In this document: one piece after another, positions 1 through 6,267 of the stretch
Layout of the letters: every line of letters starts with the position of its first letter
How positions within the stretch are numbered: position 1 is the first letter of the stretch
DNA from: Raphidiopsis brookii D9
GTDB lineage: Bacteria; Cyanobacteriota; Cyanobacteriia; Cyanobacteriales; Nostocaceae
Assembly: GCA_000175855.1 (NCBI GenBank)
Contig: ACYB01000044.1
Location: 1-15,071 of the forward strand
Reading direction: 5' to 3'
DNA length: 15,071 nucleotides
Notes under the pieces: generated by a model
Database searches by the model: none
What the model saw: only the letters and a program-made list of their open reading frames with translations
Told to the model about the DNA's origin: nothing
Made by a program: the position numbers and the translations under genes

Positions 1-118
1 CTAACTTTTAGATCTTCCCAGTAGTTAATAGCTTCTGACCATATTCCAATCTGAATACGAAATATATCTTTTGTTAAATCTTCAATTCTTCCACTTAAGA
101 AGCTACTGTAAATTAATT

Positions 119-538
119 TTAAGTCATATTTAATGTTCTTTGGTAGATCTGTTGCTGGACTGAAATACCAAATTTGCCTCCACTGTATTTTAGCCAAAGT
201 TGGTCAATACTGCGCAGTTCTTTACAGGGGAATTTTTCTGCATCTTCTATCCTTAGCCAACCTTCTTCTTCTCGTTTGGCTATTGCTAGCATGATTTTTC
301 TGGTTTCCCTGTCTGCTTGTTTAAAGTTTTGTGCTTGTAATAGGCTATTTAATTTTGAAAAAACTTGAGGCATGTTAGTTGTGTGTCGATCATTGGCTTT
401 AAATGTTTCTGGTATATTTTGGTTTTCATATTGTTCTATTAGGACTCCAATTATTTCCATTAAAGAAGCTAGAGGGTGTGTTTCATCTTCTCCTACTTCA
501 TCAATTAAGTTGTCAAGCATTTCAACTAAATACCGCAC
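119..538 (-). CDS. Small GUN4-domain-fragment protein. The N-terminal ~45 aa resemble the helical pre-HTH region of HigA-type antitoxins. Possibly a gene remnant or chimera.
   Basis: 139-codon ORF. Residues ~59-132 (nt ~143-364) read QADRETRKIMLAIAKREEEGWLRIEDAEKFPCKELRSIDQLWLKYSGGKFGISVQ, the hallmark core of GUN4 domains, but the ORF stops well before a full GUN4 domain would end. Residues 3-44 (LVEMLDNLIDEVGEDETHPLASLMEIIGVLIEQYEN) look like the region upstream of the HTH in E. coli-type HigA, yet no HTH follows. The start is GTG at 538; the first ATG is at 520. Confidence 0.55.
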   Translation of the reverse strand: MRYLVEMLDNLIDEVGEDETHPLASLMEIIGVLIEQYENQNIPETFKANDRHTTNMPQVFSKLNSLLQAQNFKQADRETRKIMLAIAKREEEGWLRIEDAEKFPCKELRSIDQLWLKYSGGKFGISVQQQIYQRTLNMT

Positions 539-606
539 GAATGTAAACCTTTTTGCAATTATTAGGATGATAGTATAACTTGAGTATCCTTATTTTGCAT
601 CTGTCC

Positions 607-1186
607 ATGAATTCTAAATTTCCAATCAAGCATATCAGTCCCCTATGTACCTTGTTTTTACTACTCACCGGTACTAATCTTATCAGAGTCACCCCAGCGC
701 TAGGAATCGACCAGCACCAGATAATAGCAAAACAACTAATTCAGAGCAAAAAGTCCCAGGTTAATCAGGTTTTTCAACCAATTCTATCTAAAATTAAAAA
801 AAACCACCCAAATCAAGATTCTATTACCCACCCATATTCCCATTGGGAAAAATGACCCCCCACTTTACTCAATTGTGGAAACGGTAACCAAAAACAAGTA
901 CCAAATCCTACTAGGATTCACTCCCGATTGCGGTGGGGGAACAGCTTGTGGTTTTGGTGCTATTAGTGCAGAGCTAGTTAGTAGTAATACCCCCAAACCT
1001 GTAGGAAAAGAAGTAAACCTAAATAACAACAAAAAAGCCTATTTTGAAGATTTTAAATGCGGTGCTAACTGCTCGAATGCTAACCTGATATGGAGAGAAA
1101 AAGGAGTGCAGTACACTATTGGATTAAAAGCGGGCAGTTTAAGCGATTTAGTAAAAATGGCAAACTCTGTAGTTTCACCAAAATGA
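607..1186 (+). pseudogene. Secreted or exported 4-Cys hypothetical protein split by a frameshift in an A8 tract (ORFs 580/607..855 and 803/875..1186).
   Basis: The upstream ORF has a signal-peptide-like N-terminus from ATG 607 (MNSKFPIKHISPLCTLFLLLTGTNLIRVTPALG). The frame of the downstream ORF is open back to nt 740. It reads ...KKTTQIKILLPTHIPIGKNDPPLYSIVETVTKNKYQILLGFTPDCGGGTACGFGAISAE... and has no ATG, only GTG at 875. Removing one A from the A8 run (796-803) joins the two frames into one ~193-aa protein. Confidence 0.55.
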
Positions 1187-1224
1187 GAGAATCCCTCCTT
1201 AAGGACGGATTCTCCCATTCTTTT
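1187..1224. terminator. Bidirectional intrinsic-terminator-like hairpin between convergent genes.
   Basis: A perfect 8-bp stem gagaatcc (1187-1194) / ggattctc (1207-1214) extends inward by tcc/gga around a TTAA loop, with one C-C mismatch. It is followed by ccaTTCTTTT on the + strand and by tcaTTTT on the - strand. It lies exactly between the stop codons at 1184-1186 (+) and 1227-1229 (-). Confidence 0.7.
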
Positions 1225-1226
1225 GG

Positions 1227-2216
1227 TCAGCTTTCTTCCTCGTATTCCACCTGTCTCTCCTTAACTTTCTTGGGAATGTTAACCGGTTTGGGTACATCTA
1301 ACCAAGCATCACCTTCTAAGTCCTCATCATCCTCATACTGTTGAGCATAGGTTTTATTGTAAGGTTGGGTTGTGGGTTTTGGACCAGCTGGTGCTTGATA
1401 AGCGTCTTTGTCAGTTGTTTCGCTCCAATTATCTTCTTCCTCCTCATATTGTATAGACTCGTAGGCCCGGGCCTGCATAACCTCACGCTGAGGTCTGATT
1501 TCCTCTTCTACATAGTCTGGAGTCCACTCTTCTTGTTCTCGTGCTACCGGTTGGGGAGTGCGAATCTTAGGTTTAGGTGGTTCCAAAGGTACTCCACTAG
1601 GTAATTGATTAGCAGGAGAAACAGTTCGCGTTGGAGAATAACCATATTCTTCCTCCGAGTCTCTTTCCCAGGGTGCTTTACCAATACCTAAACGTTCTAA
1701 AACTCCCACGCTCAACTGGTTAACTCTTTCTTCCGCACCCTCAAATACAATCAGTCTATTGGGCCCAGTGCTGACTACTTCATCTATAGAAATTTCATAG
1801 GTACTCAACAGTTGTTCTGGAATTTGGGGTAATCCCAGGGAAGCGATAACTATAGAAGATATTTTACCACTTTCACCATTGAACTTAAAGCTTCTTACTC
1901 TACCTAATACTTCTCCAGTTTCTGTAATCACTTCCCAATTAATCAAGTTACTAAGAGCTTCTACGTCAATCTCCTCAATGACATCTTCATTATCAACCAA
2001 AATCACATCACCGATTTGGTTAATACTACTGAGATACATTTGGCGGGGTAGACTAGAAATAGAAATCAGGCTGTCTCGTAATCCAAACGCCACAACCTCT
2101 CTTTGGTCAATGTCTACCCACACCTGACTCACGATACCTAACCTTTTGCCGTTATCGCGGGTGATGACTTGGGTGTTTAATATATCGGAACGTCTAATTG
2201 TCTGTTCGGAGGTCAT
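1227..2216 (-). CDS. PRC-barrel domain protein: two tandem PRC-barrel-like modules plus a long acidic, low-complexity C-terminal tail.
   Basis: 329-aa ORF with an ATG start. The N-terminal half carries two repeats of the PRC-barrel pattern (DILNTQVITRDNGKRLGIVSQVWVDIDQREVVAFGL... and NLINWEVITETGEVLGRVRSFKFNGESGKISSIVIASLG...). The C-terminal ~145 aa are rich in E, D, P, Y and W. Confidence 0.88.
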   Translation of the reverse strand: MTSEQTIRRSDILNTQVITRDNGKRLGIVSQVWVDIDQREVVAFGLRDSLISISSLPRQMYLSSINQIGDVILVDNEDVIEEIDVEALSNLINWEVITETGEVLGRVRSFKFNGESGKISSIVIASLGLPQIPEQLLSTYEISIDEVVSTGPNRLIVFEGAEERVNQLSVGVLERLGIGKAPWERDSEEEYGYSPTRTVSPANQLPSGVPLEPPKPKIRTPQPVAREQEEWTPDYVEEEIRPQREVMQARAYESIQYEEEEDNWSETTDKDAYQAPAGPKPTTQPYNKTYAQQYEDDEDLEGDAWLDVPKPVNIPKKVKERQVEYEEES

Positions 2217-2357
2217 TCTATAAGTCGTCCTGATCTCAAATCCGGTTTATATATATACTATTTTTAACAGAAAATCAACACATCAACCTAACTTACATAG
2301 TATTATGCTTTTTAAGCGCAATTAGTCCCAAATTAGGCTCAAGTGAAGTTATGCAGC

Positions 2358-3854
2358 TTATAGGGGATTAGGTCTGTCCGGTTGTAATTGGGAGAGTAAT
2401 TGTCCCCAATTGAGAGAGACAGCATCATTTTCCCCCTGTTTTACCTCAAAGGTAATATTTTTGGCTTGTGGTTGTTGTAATGATTGAAGGCAAATTTCTG
2501 CCACATCATCCCGACTAATTTTACCGCGAATATTATCACCCTGGTCTACTATTAATTCTTTTCCTCCCCTGTCTTCTGTTAAAGCACAAGGTCTAATAAT
2601 TGTATAAGGTATTTGGCTATCTCTTAAACTATCTTCTCCTTTTAACTTCCAGGTTAAAATTCCTCCTAGTTGGTCATTTAATCTCACTGCAGGTGGCTCT
2701 TCTTCTAAATTAATTCCTGGTCTCCCTGGACGGGTCACACCTGCAGAACTAACCAATACGAATTGGGATACTCCTTCACCACCATAGGCCCGAATGGATT
2801 CTAATTCTAGGGTAAATGCACCGGGGGTAAATTTAGGATTTAACCGACCATCATATTCAAACTTACTTAACATTAATTGCAGGGAACAAATTTTACTTTC
2901 ATCAATTTTGGGGCAGTCTTTTACAGTTTTGGCTCTAAAAACCGGCACTAAATTGACAAAGGGAATGTTAACATCTATCCATGTATTTGCCATGGTATCG
3001 AAGGAGTAGCTATAACCTATGCCATCCCAGGTTGTTTCTGTTCTTAAAAAGATTTTATAACGTTGTCCATCACCTTTAACCCTTAATCTGATCCCCGTAA
3101 AACCGGATAAGTTAATTGCAGGGGAAAAGTTTTTAGTTCTTACGGAAGCAAAACCTCCCGAATTTGCCGTGGAAACATTGCCATTAAAGACTGCAGTTTT
3201 CTCAAATATGTAAAAATTGCTGGAACTAACTCCACCCATAACCACATCATCTAAGGCACCCCAAATATTTTTGAGATCTGATGATGGTTGGGTAAAATCA
3301 AAGATGATTTTTTCTCCGGTGGTTGGTAAATATCTTTTTGCAGCTACTATTAAATTTTTCACTCCTTTATATTCTACGTTTTCTGGTGTGTCTCCTACTA
3401 TTTCCGGTTGATAGAATTTCACCCCCTGATTATATTTTGCTCTGTCTGGTGTGTCTCCCTCTACCGGTTGTACTCGCACTGCTGTACAGCAAACTACACC
3501 CTGAATATTACTCATGACTAAATCATTGAGACTTTCTGGTTTTGTAATATCTCCCACCACCAGATCTGCTTCATTGCCCAAAATTTCCCTTGCTTTCTCT
3601 ATATCTCTGACCAAACAGCGCACCCTATAACCTTGGGTTAATAATTTTTTTACCACCCTTTTACCTACACCACCTGTTGCACCCGCTACTAAAATTATAC
3701 CCATTTGTATTCTCCCTGTTGGTTGATCTTGTCGGTTTGTAGGACGATTTTGTAGAATGTTTTGTATCCAATTTAGGAGGGGAAATACCTCAAAATAAGT
3801 AAGAGTTCTAATGAATCTACACAAATCCCATTGATTACGTTTTTTGTCATTCAT
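2358..3854 (-). CDS. NAD(P)-binding (atypical SDR / NmrA-like) protein with an inserted CIA30 (complex I intermediate-associated protein 30) domain.
   Basis: Rossmann motif VAGATGGVGKRVVKKLL. CIA30-type block FDFTQPSSDLKNIWGALDDVVMGGVSSS...GGFASVRT...LRVKGDGQRYKIFLRT (aa ~186-362, nt ~2781-3311). The SDR fold then resumes (FVLVSSAGVTRPG...YTIIRPCAL). The tracked ORF starts at TTG 3866; the first ATG is at 3854, which I use here. Confidence 0.9.
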   Translation of the reverse strand: MNDKKRNQWDLCRFIRTLTYFEVFPLLNWIQNILQNRPTNRQDQPTGRIQMGIILVAGATGGVGKRVVKKLLTQGYRVRCLVRDIEKAREILGNEADLVVGDITKPESLNDLVMSNIQGVVCCTAVRVQPVEGDTPDRAKYNQGVKFYQPEIVGDTPENVEYKGVKNLIVAAKRYLPTTGEKIIFDFTQPSSDLKNIWGALDDVVMGGVSSSNFYIFEKTAVFNGNVSTANSGGFASVRTKNFSPAINLSGFTGIRLRVKGDGQRYKIFLRTETTWDGIGYSYSFDTMANTWIDVNIPFVNLVPVFRAKTVKDCPKIDESKICSLQLMLSKFEYDGRLNPKFTPGAFTLELESIRAYGGEGVSQFVLVSSAGVTRPGRPGINLEEEPPAVRLNDQLGGILTWKLKGEDSLRDSQIPYTIIRPCALTEDRGGKELIVDQGDNIRGKISRDDVAEICLQSLQQPQAKNITFEVKQGENDAVSLNWGQLLSQLQPDRPNPL

Positions 3855-4019
3855 AATGATTAACAACTCAATTATCTGTATTATATACTGTACTTATACC
3901 GTATCATACTACATGATCTTTCCTCTGGCAACTTTAGATTACTCTTAAGATTACATAGCTTATATACATTATAATAATATCCTAATAATGGAAATAATCC
4001 AACTAACAGGACTACATCT

Positions 4020-4523
4020 ATGAGCGGGTGGGCAAAAATTCAATCTGACTATGAGGACTTTCATCAGCAATTTGCCAGCATTATAATTGCTACAGTCAGC
4101 GACCAGGGAATTCCTAATGCTAGCTATGCTCCCTTCGTTATGGATGAATTAAAAAATATTTATATATATGTAAGTAGTTTATCTACTCATACTACTAATA
4201 TTGAGTCTCGTCCAGACGTGAGTGTTTTATTTATTGAGGATGAGGGTAAAAGTCCTAATATTTTCGCCCGTCGGCGTTTGAATTTTGATTGTAGAGCCAG
4301 TTTATTGGAAAGAGAATCCATTAAATGGCAAGAAATAGTCGATCAATTTCAGGCAAGATTTGGCACAATTATAGAAGTTCTGAAAGGTTTGGCTGATTTT
4401 CGAGTTTTTCAGCTAACTCCAACGGGAGGAAGGTTTGTAATTGGTTTTGGTGCAGCTTACCATATTCATGGTGATAACCTGCATCAACTTGTACCTATTA
4501 GTCGGGACAATATTTCTAATTAG
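4020..4523 (+). CDS. Pyridoxamine-5'-phosphate-oxidase-fold (FMN-binding split-barrel) protein, HugZ/HutZ-like putative heme-utilisation family.
   Basis: 167-aa ORF with the family pattern ...ATVSDQGIPNASYAPFV...IYIYVSSLSTHTTNI...VSVLFIEDE...FARRRLNFDC...FRVFQLTPTGGRFVIGFGAAY. An AT-rich promoter region lies upstream. Confidence 0.78.
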   Translation: MSGWAKIQSDYEDFHQQFASIIIATVSDQGIPNASYAPFVMDELKNIYIYVSSLSTHTTNIESRPDVSVLFIEDEGKSPNIFARRRLNFDCRASLLERESIKWQEIVDQFQARFGTIIEVLKGLADFRVFQLTPTGGRFVIGFGAAYHIHGDNLHQLVPISRDNISN

Positions 4524-4565
4524 GATTTCGGCTGAAAACCGACTGATTTTGGGAGATAATGGTTT

Positions 4566-5456
4566 ATGATAGAATTCCATCCGTGTGGCTTTGGTAAAAA
4601 ACAAGTTGACACTTCCTTGGGTAGCATGGTCTACTATACCCAGACCGGTGAACCTTGGGATATTGGGGAAATCGACAAATTACCACCCTTACTATTTTTG
4701 CACAACTTTGGCGGTGGTGCTTCCGCTTTTGAGTGGTCTAAGGTTTATCCAGCTTTTGCCCATAAATATCGCATTTTGGCACCAGATTTAATTGGTTGGG
4801 GGGATTCCGATCATCCTGTTAGAGACTATCAAATTGTTGATTATTTGACTACCATTAAGGAGTTTATTCACCAAACTTGTGTGGATACTGTAACAGTGGT
4901 TGCTTCGTCTTTAACAGCAGCTTTAATGATTCGCATTGCAATTTCCGAACCACAAACCTTTGAGCAGTTATTTTTAGTTTGTCCTGCGGGTTTTAATGAT
5001 TTTGGTCAAGGTGCGAGTAGGAGATTACCGCTTCCAGTGATCAACCTACCCTTTGTTGACAGTTTGATTTATGGGTTGGGTGCAGAAAATGAACTAGCTG
5101 TAACCAACTTTTTACAGAACTTCCTATTTGTGAAATCACAAAGATTGTCACAAGAGATAGTCCAGGCCTATTTAACTTCTGCACAAAAGAGAGATGGTAA
5201 ATATTCAGCCTTGTCATTCTTGAAGGGGAATCTTTATTTTGATCTGAGTTTATATATTCCTCAATTACAAGTACCTACGGTATTTTTTTGGGGTGAACAG
5301 GCGCAGTTTACTAATATTAGTTTAGGGAGGAGATTAGCCAGTTTAAATAAAATGGCAATTAAAGATTTTCAGCAAGTGCTTGACACAGGCATTTTACCCC
5401 ATTTAGAAACCCCCGGAGTTTTTATTGGTTTATTATCTAAATATTTAGATATTTAG
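4566..5456 (+). CDS. Alpha/beta-hydrolase-fold protein with an atypical nucleophile elbow and apparently substituted triad positions.
   Basis: 296-aa ORF. A GGGAGA Shine-Dalgarno sits ~10 nt upstream of the ATG. Motifs: LLFLHNFGGGAS (oxyanion region), ILAPDLIGWGDSD, VTVVASSLTAAL (elbow, nt 4902-4916) and TGILPHLETP (nt 5388-5414). It lies 42 nt downstream of the HugZ-like gene, so the two are probably co-transcribed. Confidence 0.9.
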   Translation: MIEFHPCGFGKKQVDTSLGSMVYYTQTGEPWDIGEIDKLPPLLFLHNFGGGASAFEWSKVYPAFAHKYRILAPDLIGWGDSDHPVRDYQIVDYLTTIKEFIHQTCVDTVTVVASSLTAALMIRIAISEPQTFEQLFLVCPAGFNDFGQGASRRLPLPVINLPFVDSLIYGLGAENELAVTNFLQNFLFVKSQRLSQEIVQAYLTSAQKRDGKYSALSFLKGNLYFDLSLYIPQLQVPTVFFWGEQAQFTNISLGRRLASLNKMAIKDFQQVLDTGILPHLETPGVFIGLLSKYLDI

Positions 5457-5475
5457 ATTCTCAAACCTTAGGATA

Positions 5476-5513
5476 GGGGTCTTATGGCCGCAAGTTACCA
5501 CGGCCACAACCCC
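5476..5513. terminator. Stem-loop between convergent genes; possible bidirectional terminator without a clear U-tract.
   Basis: Inner stem tggccg (5485-5490) / cggcca (5501-5506) and outer stem ggggt (5476-5480) / acccc (5509-5513). It lies between the stops at 5454-5456 (+) and 5526-5528 (-). There is no strong T-run on either side. Confidence 0.4.
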
Positions 5514-5525
5514 ACAAATTCCCCT

Positions 5526-6170
5526 CTAACCCAGTAATTCCAGATTGGCAAAAACGAATTCTTGAATTGACATACCTGCTGGGGTTTCCGTACGGATTTC
5601 TCGACGATTGAGAATGTAATAATTGCCTACTTTTTCATATTCATCCGTGAACTCACTACGACCACCTTTTTGTTCTCCAGTCTTGGGATCGTGATACACA
5701 GAATCATAAGTATGAGATAGATATCCCGCTTCCGTTTCGTGAATACTGAAAGTGTTAATAGTCACAACAACTCCATGAATATGACGGTGAACAAGAGTAA
5801 CTACATCATTGCGGACTTTATATTTATCACCAGCTGATTTTCCGCCAACAATAATTTCTACTGCACCAGTGGAATCCTTCTCACCATAGGTAAAGGTATT
5901 TTCTCCATGAGTTTGGGCAAAAGTGCGCCGTACACGATGGACGGCAATTTCCCAAGTTTGACTGTCAATTGCCTTTTTGGCAGCTTCATCTTCTACCTGG
6001 GTAACTTCCCATTTAAAATTGGCATCAATACGAATTTTGCCAGTGAATTCCTGACCCTCATATTTATAAGTGATATCTGCTGTATAACCGGGGAAATTTT
6101 CATCCCAGGTATAACGATTTTGATATGCAGCCCGGAAAAGTTCTTGGGCAGAGATTTGAGTGACTGTCAT
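5526..6170 (-). CDS. Conserved cyanobacterial/plant-type hypothetical protein, DUF3386-like. The family name is from memory and unverified.
   Basis: 214-aa ORF. A GAGGA Shine-Dalgarno sits ~9 nt upstream of the ATG. The N-terminus AQELFRAAYQNRYTWDENFPGYTADITY and the uniform, coding-like composition match a family I recall as DUF3386. Confidence 0.75.
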   Translation of the reverse strand: MTVTQISAQELFRAAYQNRYTWDENFPGYTADITYKYEGQEFTGKIRIDANFKWEVTQVEDEAAKKAIDSQTWEIAVHRVRRTFAQTHGENTFTYGEKDSTGAVEIIVGGKSAGDKYKVRNDVVTLVHRHIHGVVVTINTFSIHETEAGYLSHTYDSVYHDPKTGEQKGGRSEFTDEYEKVGNYYILNRREIRTETPAGMSIQEFVFANLELLG

Positions 6171-6209
6171 GATGCTTGTCCTCTGGCTGAATAATAGCTT
6201 TTTGTGGTT

Positions 6210-6215
6210 TATAAT
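6210..6215 (+). promoter_or_regulatory. Candidate -10 box (TATAAT) for the LuxR-type regulator gene.
   Basis: A perfect TATAAT lies 53 nt upstream of ATG 6268, with a weak -35-like CTGAAT 17 nt upstream. This is sequence pattern only. Confidence 0.25.
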
Positions 6216-6267
6216 ATTAGAATATAGTTAATCTTTAGGTTCGCATAGTCCCCAACTGGGTACTTTT

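Noticed and set aside
1-203. Minus-strand frame open from 203 to the window edge (…LIYSSFLSGRIEDLTKDIFRIQIGIWSEAINYWEDLKV).
   Set aside because: I did not call it as a CDS. It has no ATG/GTG start inside the window, overlaps the 3' end of ORF 119..538, has no recognisable domain, and is truncated by the window edge. It is described under the first-region finding instead.
174-578. Plus-strand ORFs 174..368 and 372..578.
   Set aside because: They lie entirely antisense to the GUN4-fragment ORF. Their products are low-complexity, Ser/Leu/Cys/Phe-rich shadow translations with no motifs and no ribosome-binding context.
796-887. Programmed -1 ribosomal frameshift on the slippery heptamer A_AAA_AAC in the A8 tract.
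   Set aside because: The -1 frame from that site runs into a stop at 885-887 and does not join the downstream conserved frame. That frame requires a net +1 shift, i.e. loss of one A.
1090-2127. Plus-strand ORFs 1090..1344, 1341..1604 and 1879..2127.
   Set aside because: They are antisense shadows of the PRC-barrel gene (and of the terminator region). Their composition mirrors the acidic tail read backwards (Ser/Leu/Phe-rich).
2794-3517. Plus-strand ORFs 2794..3009, 3217..3411 and 3323..3517.
   Set aside because: They lie inside and antisense to the well-supported CIA30/Rossmann CDS, with no independent signals.
3855-3866. TTG-extended start of the CIA30 gene (MLII-) and, likewise, the GTG-extended start of pabAB (9026..9043).
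   Set aside because: In-frame ATG codons a few codons downstream give N-termini typical of the families (MNDKK...; MKTLIIDNYDSYT...). The extensions are artefacts of longest-ORF calling.
3867-4019. Possible NtcA-type sites (GTA-N8-TAC) among the repeated GTA/TAC motifs (gtattatatactgtacttataccgtatcatactac).
   Set aside because: I checked each GTA. The spacings to TAC are 6 or 10 nt, never 8, so no canonical site exists here or in the other intergenic regions.
4413-4791. ORFs 4413..4604 (-) and 4585..4791 (+).
   Set aside because: They overlap the HugZ-like and hydrolase CDSs in other frames and have no motifs. The hydrolase frame is clearly the coding one.
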